64,000 nt of DNA. It comes from Eledone cirrhosa. Taxonomy: Eukaryota. Where the stretch lies: the NCBI GenBank assembly GCA_964016885.1, contig OZ024744.1, positions 87,854,001-87,918,000 of the forward strand. The letters run 5' to 3'. This document shows, one piece after another, positions 41,591 through 55,684 of this stretch. A program made the position numbers and the translations under genes. The stretch's first letter is position 1. Each line of letters opens with the position of its first letter. The notes under the pieces were generated by a model. It ran no database searches and was not told the origin of the DNA. It saw only the letters and a program-made list of their open reading frames with translations.

Positions 41591-44500
41591 AATACTACAT
41601 TACAATGAAACTTATGCTTATTCATTTTTGGGGCCCTTTCTGCCCGTGTGTTTGTTTGTTTATGTGTGTCCGTATACAGCGTGGTGATAATGCCACACAA
41701 GGGCCAAGTGGGATGGCGGATCCACAGATGGCTATGTAAACATACATTCGCCAATCCTCGATAAGAGTGTTTAAATATCGAACATAAACAGTTCGAATAA
41801 CGGTGAAATGGAGACTAGAACGTCATGTGACAGACTCTCACCCAACAGGTGCCCCCTGGCTCAGCAGCAGGAACCTGACTGTCAACGAAATACTGCTGAT
41901 GTTGGAGGAAGAAGAAGAAGGAAAGGGGCCAGAACCAACTGGACGAAAGAATTGAATAGAACTGTTATGCAATGCTACCTGAAAAGTAACCCCAAGGAGA
42001 GGGGCTACAGGAGACGGATGCATAACATCTGGAACGAGATTGGTTTATTTAAATTAGATGAACAAAAATTGGCCGGGCAGGCTCGGGTAATAAGAACTAA
42101 TGGGTGGATAAGCGAGCTGGAACTGGAGGAACTGAGCAGAGAGAATGGCTTGGAGATGGCGGGTGTAGTATGCCAGACAAGCGAGCCGGCGGGAAATGAA
42201 GGTGAGGAGGTCCTGAGAGCGGAGGAACCACCCGAAGCAGACAATGATCTGAATACTGAGATAAATAATACCTGGAACAGAGATACGGCCACTGAGGAGA
42301 TGAATGCTGACGGGCTAGGACAAGATTCGGTTGACATCCTAAATTTAGTGGTAGATGAGTTGAACAATGATAGTGGGAGACCTATGAACCTAAGATTTGT
42401 AGACAGGAAAAAGTTAAAAGAAACAACAGCTAAGGTAAACAAAGTCATCCCATACCTTGAGGCGAGGAGTCTTCACCAGTGCAACAATATCCTCAAAGCA
42501 ACAGCAAATACGGTGAGGAAACTACTTGGTATAAAAGCGAGAGGAAACAACAGACAAGAAAGAGCAGAGCCGTGGTGGAAGAAGCGACTGAGTGGGCAAA
42601 TCGGGGAAATGAGAAATGACATAGGAAAGCTTGAGTCACTACTGAATGGGACACTAAAAAACATAGGCACTAAAAATAGACTGGAAATAAAATACAAAAC
42701 TAGGAGTAAAAAGCTAAATATTATCATAGAGGAATTGAAGCAACGCATTGTAGCAAAGAGTGCCAAAATCAGGCGATACGAGAACAGAGTCAGTCAGTAT
42801 AAACAGAACCGCATGTTCGACAACAACCAGAAGATGCTGTTTGGACAGCTTGAGGGGAAAGAAAGAGGCACCGACTTGATCCCTGGGGCGGAACAAGCTA
42901 AAACATTCTGGAGAGGAATATGGGAGCAGGATGTTAGACACAATGCCCAGGCAGGGTGGATTGAGACAGTACAGAGGGAGATCGGTGAGCAGGCACAGCA
43001 ACAGACTGATTTGAGTATCACAGTTGAAACTCTTAAGGGGCAAGCCAAAAAACTAACCAACTGGAAATCACCAGGCCCAGATGGTGTGCAGGGGTATTGG
43101 ATTAAACATTTAACATCCCTCCACCCGAAGCTGACGGCCATGTTCAATGACTGCTTGGTGTCGGGTGAGGTGCCAGAGTGGTTGACAAAAGGTACCACAG
43201 TTCTGATAATGAAAGACCGAATCAAGGGTAATGATGTTACCAACTATAGACCTATCACATGTCTGCCCGTAATGTGGAAACTGTTGACGAGCATTGTGTC
43301 TGAGGAAATCTACCATCACCTCCACACAAACAACTTGTTGCCGGACGAACAGAAAGGATGCCGAAAGAAGTCACGTGGTACAAAGGACCAGTTGCTTATT
43401 GATAAGATGGTAATGGGGAATTGCAGGAGGAGACACACTGATCTTGCCATGGGATGGATAGACTACAGAAAGGCATTTGACATGGTGCCTCATTCCTGGA
43501 TCACCAAAAGCCTGGAGATCTTCAGGGTGGCAGATAACATCAGAGAGTTGCTGGGCAGGAGTATGGGGTCCTGGGAGACAGAGTTGACATCAACTGGAGT
43601 ATCCTTGGGAAGCGTGAAGATCAAGAGAGGTATCTTCCAGGGAGATAGCCTGTCCCCTCTGTTGTTTGTCCTTGCCCTGATGCCCTTGACCATTATGCTG
43701 CGAAAAGTGAGAGCAGGATACAAGTTGGGAAGGGGAGAGCTTACCATCAATCACCTCCTCTTCATGGACGATCTTAAGCTCTTCGGGAAAAGTGAGAAGG
43801 AGTTGGATGTGCTTGTTGACACTGTCCGTATTTTCAGCAGTGATATATGTATGCAGTTTGGTATTGGTAAATGTGGAGTCATTGTGATGAGGAGGGGTAG
43901 GTTGAGCAGAAGTAACGGGATCCAGATACCAACAGGTGAGATGATAAAGGAAATTGACTCTGAGGAAGGATACAAGTATTTGGGCGTTCTGGAGGCTGAT
44001 GGCATAAAGAACAAAAAAATGAAGGAATTGTTAAGAACTGAATACATTCGGAGAGTAAGGAGCGTATTGAAGTCACATCTGAACAGCAGAAATGCCATAA
44101 GCGCAGTAAATTCCCGAGCTGTGTCTATTATTAGGTACAGTGCGGGAATTCTGAGATGGAATGTTGCTGAACAAAAAGAAATGGATAGGAAGACTAGGAA
44201 GCTATTGACTATCTACAACATGTTCCACAAGAGGAGTGATGTCGATAGACTCTACCTAAGGAGATCTGAGGGTGGAAGAGGTCTTATCAGCATAGAGGAC
44301 TGTGTTCAGATGGAGAAAAACAACCTATACAAATACGTGACCTATAGTAAGGAGCCAATGCTCAGAGCTGTACTGAAGGAGGGAAGAGTAGGCCAGGGGA
44401 TACCCAAGGAGGAAATAACATCAAGGAGGAAGAGCAGCCTTAAGGGAAAATCCCTTCATAGTACCTTCTTTGAGAAAACTGAATTTAGAGATCCACAGAC

Positions 44501-45274
44501 ATGGAACTGGTTGAGAAGAGGAGACCTCAAAAAGGCTACAGAAGGAATGCTAATGGCTGCGCAGGAGCAGGCCCTCAAAACGAAGTGGTTGAAGCACCAT
44601 ATCTACAAGGAGGAGGCTAGCCCACTGTGCAGGATCTGTGGAGAGAGAGAGGAGACTGTGGCTCACATTGTGTCCGAGTGTAAACACCTAGCCCAGACCC
44701 ACTATAAGGGCTGGAGACACGATGTGATGGGCAGGGTGATCCACTGGCACCTGTGCAAAGTAAACAATCTACCACATTCTGAGAAATGGTATGAGCATAG
44801 GCCAGAGGCGGTGATGGAGAACAGTCAGGTGAAGGTGCTGTGGGATTTTAGGATACAGACGGACAAAAAACTGGAACACAATAGACCTGACCTGGTGGTT
44901 GTGGACAAAGAAAAAAGATCGTGCCTGATTGTGGATGTGGCCTGCCCGTTCGACACGAGAGTGCAAGAGAAGGAGAGGGAGAAAATTAACCGATACCAGG
45001 ACCTAAAGTGGGAGGTGAAAAGGATTTGGAACTGCCATGAAGTCAAAGTGATCCCGATTGTCATAGGCGCACTGGGGACTATCTCCAAAGGTTTCCAGGG
45101 ATGGTTAAAGAAAATCGGCCCCTTCACGCTTTTTGGAACGCTTCAAAAGGCATGCTTGCTTGGAACGGCAAGAACCCTCCGATACGTCCTGAATATCTGA
45201 GGCTGCAGGTAGTGGCTTGATATTCAATCCAACGGACTTTCCAGTTAACCAACATCAATGACTGAGATTCAAGG
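41590..45274 (+). mobile_element. R4/Dong-like RLE non-LTR retrotransposon family A, apparently full length (5' boundary uncertain), with (TAA)n tail 45275-45370
   Basis: Single long ORF; short 3'UTR identical in type to 15363-15439 and 40544-40619; (TAA)n tail. Confidence 0.93.
41808..45200 (+). CDS. R4/Dong-clade polyprotein: N-terminal domain, reverse transcriptase, CCHC finger, PD-(D/E)xK restriction-like endonuclease (1130 aa, intact)
   Basis: Motifs WTKELN..VMQCY; WKSPGPDG, YRPITCL, IDYRKAFD, QGDSLSPLLF, LFMDD, YKYLG; CRICGEREETVAHIVSEC; RHD; RPD..D(VACP)..EK..Y. Confidence 0.96.
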   Translation: METRTSCDRLSPNRCPLAQQQEPDCQRNTADVGGRRRRKGARTNWTKELNRTVMQCYLKSNPKERGYRRRMHNIWNEIGLFKLDEQKLAGQARVIRTNGWISELELEELSRENGLEMAGVVCQTSEPAGNEGEEVLRAEEPPEADNDLNTEINNTWNRDTATEEMNADGLGQDSVDILNLVVDELNNDSGRPMNLRFVDRKKLKETTAKVNKVIPYLEARSLHQCNNILKATANTVRKLLGIKARGNNRQERAEPWWKKRLSGQIGEMRNDIGKLESLLNGTLKNIGTKNRLEIKYKTRSKKLNIIIEELKQRIVAKSAKIRRYENRVSQYKQNRMFDNNQKMLFGQLEGKERGTDLIPGAEQAKTFWRGIWEQDVRHNAQAGWIETVQREIGEQAQQQTDLSITVETLKGQAKKLTNWKSPGPDGVQGYWIKHLTSLHPKLTAMFNDCLVSGEVPEWLTKGTTVLIMKDRIKGNDVTNYRPITCLPVMWKLLTSIVSEEIYHHLHTNNLLPDEQKGCRKKSRGTKDQLLIDKMVMGNCRRRHTDLAMGWIDYRKAFDMVPHSWITKSLEIFRVADNIRELLGRSMGSWETELTSTGVSLGSVKIKRGIFQGDSLSPLLFVLALMPLTIMLRKVRAGYKLGRGELTINHLLFMDDLKLFGKSEKELDVLVDTVRIFSSDICMQFGIGKCGVIVMRRGRLSRSNGIQIPTGEMIKEIDSEEGYKYLGVLEADGIKNKKMKELLRTEYIRRVRSVLKSHLNSRNAISAVNSRAVSIIRYSAGILRWNVAEQKEMDRKTRKLLTIYNMFHKRSDVDRLYLRRSEGGRGLISIEDCVQMEKNNLYKYVTYSKEPMLRAVLKEGRVGQGIPKEEITSRRKSSLKGKSLHSTFFEKTEFRDPQTWNWLRRGDLKKATEGMLMAAQEQALKTKWLKHHIYKEEASPLCRICGEREETVAHIVSECKHLAQTHYKGWRHDVMGRVIHWHLCKVNNLPHSEKWYEHRPEAVMENSQVKVLWDFRIQTDKKLEHNRPDLVVVDKEKRSCLIVDVACPFDTRVQEKEREKINRYQDLKWEVKRIWNCHEVKVIPIVIGALGTISKGFQGWLKKIGPFTLFGTLQKACLLGTARTLRYVLNI

Positions 45275-45290
45275 AATAACAATGATAATG

Positions 45291-45361
<71 letters not shown>

Positions 45362-45370
45362 TATAATAAT

Positions 45371-45519
45371 TGTTGGGCGGGAGTATGGGGTCCTGGGAGA
45401 CAGAGTTGACATCAACTGGAGAATCCTTGGGAAGCGTGAAGATCAAGAGAGGTATCTTCCAGGGAGATAGCCTGTCCCCTCTGTTGTTTGTCCTTGCCCT
45501 GATGCCCTTGACCATTATG
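45371..45519 (+). mobile_element. Internal RT fragment of Dong family A fused directly to Tx1 copy F
   Basis: Matches about 43549-43698 (..GSVKIKRGIFQGDSLSPLLFVLALMPLTIM). Confidence 0.9.
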
Positions 45520-48500
45520 CCCTTTCAAACGTGTCCACCATACTATCTCTTTCGCCATAGCCACCAGACAGATAAAAACTGCCTGCACTTCCCGGCTAAA
45601 GGAAGAGGGCGGGGCAATCCTCACGATGGACTCAGCTGATAGCTGGATCCGTCCTACACGTGACAGCAGGTGTTCGACATAAACCCACAAGTCAGCAATG
45701 CTCGGACACTGGACGAGTGCGTGCAGGACGGTTTCGTCGCCCTGTGCGCATCTCGGACATGCCCGGCTGACGGAACCTCCATGCCTGTAAAGTTTATCCC
45801 GAACTGGCAAAGCACCCCGGTAGCACTGCCAGGGCAGGGATTTCTGGAAGTTGTCCATAGGCCCCGGCCCGAAAGTCCTTCCGAAGAGATTGGCTAGTTG
45901 ATTTTCGTCGACGCCTAGAGTTTCTCCAAGTACGTCGTCGCTCTTCCCCTCCACTAATCCCCTATAGGACGCCAAGGTGGAGTTTCCACCGATCACATTG
46001 CCCGATTGGCTGTGAGCGCCTGAAGACATTCCAGTCTCCAAGCGCTCCCTCTCGGTCTTCGCTTGACCCAGGACTGCAGACCCGTCAAGGAGACGAGCTG
46101 GGGAAATACGTGTCTAGCAAACGGCGACCACACCTGATCACCGTCGAGGAAGAGGTGGAGATGTCGTAGCCTGAGCGCGTGTCTGCGCATCATCAGCCAC
46201 GGCATGCCCAGCCCTCCATGTAGCGGGTGTTGACAGCAGATGGACCGCCTGACCATCGGAGCGCGTCCCTTCCACAAAAAGCGAAAGAGCAGACGCTCCA
46301 GCGCAGTCAGGCGGGGCTAGGACAAGGTACGACGGTCAGGCGGTAGTAGATGACAGACGCGATGTACGCGTTAGCCACCTCCGCTCGATTTTTCAGGGAT
46401 AGCTTCCTCTCGGCCCATTTCTGGGTGAGAGAAGCCACCCTGCTCGTCACCTCGTCCCAGTTTTTGTCCGTCTGGAGGTCTGGACCGAACCAGACCCCTA
46501 GCAATTTAACAGGTCCGTCCGTCCAGCGTCCGACGACGCTGATTGACGGCATGGACCTGCCTCTCCAGGTGCCGAGCTGCAGGCCCACTGACTTTTCCTG
46601 GTTGATCATTGCTCCTGTCACCGCTTCGTATTCTCTTAGTGTAGTGCCGATCGCCTCGATGTGTTTGGCGTTCGACACCACTACGGTGACATCGTCGGCA
46701 TATGCTGACACGGATCTTCCGCATCCTAGTTCGCGCGGGACCCCCCTCAACGTCTCCAGTTTGTGCAGTAATGGCTCGAGAGTCAATACGTACAATAGGG
46801 ACGAGAGGGGGACATCCTTGGCGGACCGAGCGCATGATGTTGAACGGTTCCGAAAGGTGACCGTTCACTCTCACTACAGAGCAGATGTCGCTGTGCATGG
46901 CAGCGATCCAGCCTCTGAAGACGGGCCCAAAGGCAGCCGCCCTCAGGACTGCCGCTAGGTAACGATGGTCGACCCTATCGAAAGCTTTTCACTGATCTAA
47001 ATTGATCAAAGACCCACCCGTGCCAGGTTCCCTAGCTACCCTCTCTACGATGTATCGCATGAGGTGGAGGTTGTCGTGAATGGATCTGTCGGGAATGGCG
47101 CATGTCCGTGCCTCTCCCACCAGACCACCAACGACAAGCGCCAACCTCTTTGCTAGCACCTTGGCCAAAATCTTGAACTCTGTGTTTAGTAGAGTTATGG
47201 GCCTAAAATTATCTATGTTATCCCCCTTGTTCGGATCCTTTCTCAGCAGCGCCACCGCTCCTCGGCTCACAGAGCTGGGAATTCTCCCGTTCTGTTGCCA
47301 GTTGCAGTAGACGTCCGCCAAGAGGCCTCCGAACAAGTTTGGCATTTGTACGTAAAGTTCATAGGGCAGACCATCTAAACCAGGCGATTTACCCCTTGTG
47401 CAACTAGTCATTGAATCCCGTACTTCAGCAGTTGTTATCGGCTTTTCGCAACACTCCGCCTCAATGGCCGAAAGCCGCGGCAGTCCGTCGAGGTAAACAC
47501 TAAAGTCCATCCCTCAATCCGGCCCGCCACTACCCCCGAACAGTTGAGCGAAGTGTCGCTGAAAAGCTTCACACATTTGCCCGGGATCGAGTAGCATGCG
47601 CCCGTCGTGGCCCACCAAAGACCGGATCGTGGCTTTGTTGCCATGACGCGCCTCCGCCACTCGGGCCCATTGAACGACTTTCGTCCCCTCGTGTCTGAGA
47701 GCACAACCCTAGCTCTGACAACGCAGCCTTCGTGCTTTGCATTGAAGAATTGGTCAAGGGCCAATTTCGCCGCAAGTACGTCGGTCGCGATGCCTTTGCT
47801 AAGCGCCTCATCTAATTTTCTAACTAATTCTCCCTCTGCTCTATTTTTCTCTATTGCTAAAGTCTTACTAAACCTAATGGACTCTATTCTGATTGCTCTT
47901 TTCAGAGCAAACCACCACTTGTTGTTGACGATGGCCCCCGTCAACGGTCGCTTAACTAGTTCGCTAATCCGGTCTCTGTAGGCCTTGCGCGCTGGTAAGG
48001 ACGCGTTTAGCTTCCAGTAGCCGGGTCCTCGTCTATGAAGCCTATCTAAGTCAAGCACACAGATCACGAATTTGTGGTCAGTGTAGCTGACTATCTTGAA
48101 TTGTGGACAGCCTATGCTAGACCTATCTATTTCCCTACAAAATACTCTATCTAGATATGATCTGGATGACCCTATGCGATTTGTCCAAGTCCACATTGGT
48201 ACATTCGGGAAATCCATTCGGTACCTGTCAGACAGTTCAAAACGTCTGAGGAGGTTGGTGAGACTCTTGCACCCTCCTTCCCTATCCACTAATCCCACAC
48301 AATCCCAGCGTGCATCTAAGATCCCGTTCCAGTCGCCCACTAACACTAAAGAGCGGGACGTTCCAAGAAAGGTCTCCAGACGCCGGAAGAAATCAGGCCG
48401 CCCTGCTCCTGTCGGGGCATAGACGGCCACTAACCTGAAAGCTTGGCCGTCTCCGCTGGTCACGTCCAGCATCACCAACATACCTTCTGGGTCCAGGAAG

Positions 48501-50890
48501 ATGGCTCGTATGGCAAGATCCAAACCTCTCCGAAAAAGCACAGCAACTCCTCCACCCGATCCCGGACGGCTGGGAGATGCGTACACATCGTAGCCGCCGA
48601 AGATCGGTGCGAAAGCCTGTGCTTCGGAGATTCTGGTCTCGCTGATGGCCACTACATCTATGTTTAGTGACCTGAGGTCGTTGAGCAGGTGGCCCTGCTT
48701 CCATGATGACCCCAAGCCACGCGCATTTATGCTGCCTATTCTGAGTGAGGTCATGTTGAAAAGGAGTGGAAAGGACGGTTTTTCCATCCTTTTCACTGCT
48801 TGTGGCCTCCTCAGGAAGGATGTCCTTATAAATCCTCCTGGAGAGTGCTTGTCGGAAGTCTCCGATGTCTTTGGGGAATTTTTGTTTTAGTGTCATGTAC
48901 GTTTCCTGTGTGATGCGAGTGATTTGTATGTGTGGAGGTGGTGTGAATTTTGGGGTTGTTGTGTAGTCTTTTTCTGTGATGCTGGTGTTGTGTTGGATGT
49001 AGTGTAATAATCGCTTGTTGTTCAAATTTAATGCTGTGTAGTGTGTATCGTTTTGGTTGTTTTGTTTTGTTTGAGTTTGTTGTGGGTTTGTTTCTGTTTC
49101 GCATTTTGGTGACTTTTGTGGTGTAGGTGATTGTGGTGTTGGTGTTAATGATGGTGATGGTGTTGGTGTTTGGGTTGATGGGGTTGGTGATGCTGGTGTG
49201 GATGGTAGCATATCTGTCCTAACTTTTTTGTTTCTTAATTTATTTGTTTCCCTCTGTATTTTGTTTTTGGAGGGGGAAGGAAGAGAATTTTTTTCTTTTT
49301 TGGTTTCTTTTTTTTTTCCGGATATCGTTTCCCACTCCTCGTCGTCACAATCTGTCTCCAGTTGTGATAGGCCGGGGAGTGGAAAATCCTCCACAGGCGT
49401 TGGTTTTGGTTGTGGCGTGGTGGCTGGTGTAGGCGCTGGTGCTAGTTCTGAAGCGTTGGGTGGTGGTGGTGTTGGTTTTGCTACTGTTGCTGGGGTTGTT
49501 GCTGTTATAGTTGCTTCTGTTGTTGCTGCTACAGTTGTTGCTGGCATCTCTGCTACTGCTGGTGTTGATGGTTGTGTCACTGGGGTGGGTAGGAGAGGTG
49601 GCCTCAACCTTTTAGCCTGAGGGCAGAAAGCCCTTAGGTGGGTTCCTTCACCACAAACGACACACCTAGGTCTTCTTCCCTCGACAATTACCGTGAGGTG
49701 GCTGCCGTCAGTGAGGTCTATTACCTCTGGGATCTCCTCAATGCTTTTTTGGTCCGCTTGGATCAGGAGCTCCATCCCAGATCCGGACCAGTTTTCCTGC
49801 TTTTCTTTTGCTATTGCTATTATTTTCGTGTTGGCTTCGATGCCGGCGAGGACAGCCGCTATTAGCCAGGCAATTTCGATGACCGGTGGAACGTGGGTCA
49901 CCCTGATCTTTACGAGTCTCTGGCCACAATAGCTTGGGACGAGTGTGAAGTCGTCACTTTTTAATGGGGCCATGGAGTGTTCTCTAGCCTCCTCTGGTGT
50001 TTCAAAGAACACATCCACGGTTCCATACTTTTGCCCACGTCTGATGTGGGTTTTTCTTGCCCAAACATGTCCCAAAGCTTTTTGGATTTGGGACTCGGAT
50101 GCCCGTTCCACTCGGCGCGATTTTACATTTATTGCTCTATACGACACGGTGCATAGGCGCCGATGCTCCATTTTATTAGGTGGGGGGGGGGCGAGGCTGA
50201 CCCTGTACCCATCTTTCTTTACCATTTGTTTGGCATTTTCTAAATCCTCCTGTGTTACCGTATAATCTTCGAACTGTTTTGCTACTCTGGCGAAACTGAG
50301 GGGGGTTTTATAATGTCATTGTTGTTGTTGTTGCTATCGTTAATATTAATTTTAGTTTCAGTTGTGGTGTGGTGACGTCAGTCGTCTTTGGTGCGGAAGA
50401 GTCCATTTTGCTTGATTTCATTTCGACATCACGAGTTAATTTATTTTTTTCTTCTTTTGTTTCTGTTGTCGCGGTGGTGGTGGTGGTGGAGGCTTTAACA
50501 CCTGCAGTCATTGGTAATGGCGGGAAATGAATGTCTGCCTGAGACAAATTTAAAATATTGCTACTGCTTATATTTTTTTTTGTGTTGGCAAACCTAGTAA
50601 CATTTACAATGGTGGTGTCGGTGTGAGGTGTTATTTTGTGAGGAAGGCTTTCAGCTGCTTCGTGCAGAGGTGAATTAGCCATTTTTTTTCAAAGAAAATT
50701 TTTGATAATAATAAAAGTTAAAATTTTGGGCACAAGGCCCCAATCTTTTTGGGTGTCCTTTTCGGAAAACAATGTATGTGTGCTTATAAACAGTTAACAA
50801 TAAAATTTTCCATAAATGACAATTTTTAACAAACGGAAATAACAAATCTTTGCGGAGCTCACGATGATACGATTTACTACGTAGGTCGCC
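45520..50890 (-). mobile_element. Tx1-like LINE copy F: intact 5' end, 3'UTR and last about 60 codons deleted (ORF1 about 48760-50682, ORF2 start 48754)
   Basis: Knuckle RPRCVVCGEGTHLRAFC; ORF2 close to D and E; the 5' end GGCGACCTACGTAG abuts (AAT)n 50891-50953. Confidence 0.95.
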
Positions 50891-50896
50891 AATAAC

Positions 50897-53110
<2,214 letters not shown>

Positions 53111-54210
53111 AGCAAAACATATGCTGCTGATCTTATGCTTGATACCCAGGCTGGACAGACTAAAGAAACTGTTGCAACTGATGCTGCTAGGCACATAAAA
53201 TCACTGTCAAAAGCAAACGGGCAGGGACAATTAGCATCAAATTGGGAGCAGAAACTTCTGCATGGCAAATATGTAGCCCGTAGCAAACAAGCTGATGTTG
53301 ATCAAAAGCACACCCATCAGTGGCTACGTAGTTCAGGGCTAAAGGCGGAGAGTGAAGGCTTCATCTTAGCACCACAAGATCAAAGCCTATTGACTCGTAT
53401 TTACCAGGCCAATGTGATGAGAAACGGAATAAACCCAAAGTGCCGATTTTGCAATGCTGAGGTTGAAACAGTGGATCACTTAGTCTCTGGTTGTAAAGTT
53501 TTAGCACCAGTAGAATACACATATAGACACGACAGAGTTGGCCGATATCTCTATTGAGTAATATGTCGGCGTTACAAAATCAAAGCTGAAGACAAGTGGT
53601 ACAACCATCACCCTGAGGCTGTAACTGAAGGATAAAAAGTAACAATTATCTGGGACATTCCTGTACATATGACAGGACCATAAAAGCAAATAGACCTGAC
53701 ATCATTATAAAACATCAACATAACAAGGTCTGTTTGTTCATAGATATGAGCATCTCATGTGATCACAATATCGCGGCAAAAGAATTTGACAAGATACGAA
53801 AATATAAAGATCTGCTTATGAAATTGAGAAAATGTGGCACCTCCAGGCAGTTACAATACCAGTGATTGTGGGAGGGCTGGGAATGATCAAGAAAGGAACA
53901 GAACAATATTTGCGAATGATTCCTGGTTTACCCTCTCTGCACGGGGTGTAAAAAATTGTTTTGAATGGTACTGCACATGTATTGAGAAGAGCACTATCTC
54001 TGTAAGATTGATATCCCTCCTTGTATTTACATATGCATATGCACATGTGTATATATGTATACTTTTTTTTTTTAGTTTTTTTTATTATAATCAATGTACT
54101 GTATTAACTGGCTTACTAATGCACATTGTGAATTTATTTGCCCTAGGTGTCGGGAAGACACTCGGCATATATCTCAGAAACAATAATGAAATAAAATAAA
54201 AATGAAAATG
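53111..54210 (+). mobile_element. R4/Dong-like family C 3' fragment ending in (TAA)n 54211-54224
   Basis: LHGKY..QWL..ESEGFILA.QDQ..CRFCNAEVETVDHLVSGC..RHD, then degenerate RPD and KYKDL; stop near 54004. Confidence 0.88.
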
Positions 54211-54224
54211 ATAATAATAATAAT

Positions 54225-54400
54225 TGTTTCTACATTAGGCACAAGGCCAGCAAATACCCAGTGCATTACTGGTACTTTATTTTATCGACCCCGTAAGGAT
54301 GAAAGGCAAAGTCAACCTCGGCGGGATTTGAACTCAGATCATAAAGGGACGTAACTATGCTGGAAAGCATGGCGTCCGATCCTCTACCGATACTGCCAAT
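54225..54400 (-). mobile_element. tRNA-derived SINE between TAA tracts
   Basis: Same family as 11578-11765. Confidence 0.92.
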
Positions 54401-54410
54401 TAACAATAAT

Positions 54411-55388
54411 GATTTCATTTATTAGCCGCAAAGGCCGACATGTAGGGGACAATACAAAGACAGGGACAGTGGGGGTTTACAATAAGGTCGAGTAAAAGTG
54501 CACAATGGCAAGACTAATTTAACAATGAAGATATAAATATATAAAATAAACTGTATAAATATAACAAAATAAATTCCCCTATAGGAGGAGGGGGTCCAGG
54601 AGTGACTGAGTACCCAACCGATCCTGAACCACCAGGCGCTTCTAGGGCACCCAGGGAGAGCAACCCTCTCCTCAAGTTAGCTAGTCTATAGGCGCATGGT
54701 CAGAGTAGGCCATTTCACACGGGCCTTTCTCGCCACATTCATACACCTTTTAGCAAATGTACTGGCGGGGGCAGCACTTCTCTCTCCACCCTCACCTTCC
54801 TTTCCAGGTGAAACTTGAAGAACTTGATGAGGGATTGACCGAAGAGAAAAGTGTCTGTCTTCGGCCCTTTTAATCTGGTCCACAATATAACCTCTTTCGC
54901 ATCGGCCACCAGACAAAGGAAAATTGCCTGCTCTTCCTGACCTAAGGAAGGCGGTGAGTCGATCTTCACTATGGAATCGGCCGATAGCCGGATCTGTTCC
55001 ACACACGACAGTAGCTGTTCGACATAACTCCACAAGTCAGTAATGCACGGACATTGGACAAGTGCGTGCAGAACGGTTTCGTCGGTCTCTGCGTATCTTG
55101 GGCATGTCAGTCTGACAGCACTTCCGTACCTGTAGAGTTTATCCCGAACCGGTAGTGCCCCCCCGGTAGCACTGCCAAGTGAGGGATTTCCGGAAATTGT
55201 CCATCGTCCCCGGCTCGAAAGTCATCCGGTACAGACTGGTCAGTTCGACTTCGTCGAGGCCCGAAGCTTTTCCGAGTGCGTCATCGCATTTGCCCACCAC
55301 TAATCCTCTATAGAACTCGAGAGTGGAAGTTCCACTGATCGCATTGCACGCTTGGTAGAGGGCAGTGAATGCCTGGCAACATTCCAGG
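54411..55388 (-). mobile_element. Tx1-like LINE copy G (subfamily 2), heavily 5'-truncated
   Basis: 3'UTR and ORF2 C-terminus (stop at 54686) match B and C. A SINE 3' stub follows at about 55399-55460. Confidence 0.92.
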
Positions 55389-55607
55389 TAATAAAACTTT
55401 TCTACTTTATGCACAAGGCCAGCAATTACCCAGTTCATTACTGGTACTTTATTTTATTGAATAATAATAAAGTATAGTTCATATATTCATTCTGTTACTA
55501 GTTTCAATTATCGAAACGCTGTCATTCCCGAGCATCACCTTCTAGGCTGCAGTCAATTATATTGTTATATTGATAATATGACCTTACTTACGCTTCCATC
55601 TAATAAT

Positions 55608-55684
<77 letters not shown>

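Noticed and set aside
48393-50225. 610-aa ORF1 with an extended C-terminus overlapping ORF2
   Set aside because: The extension comes from a small deletion in copy F that removed the ORF1 stop region; it reads ORF2 out of frame.
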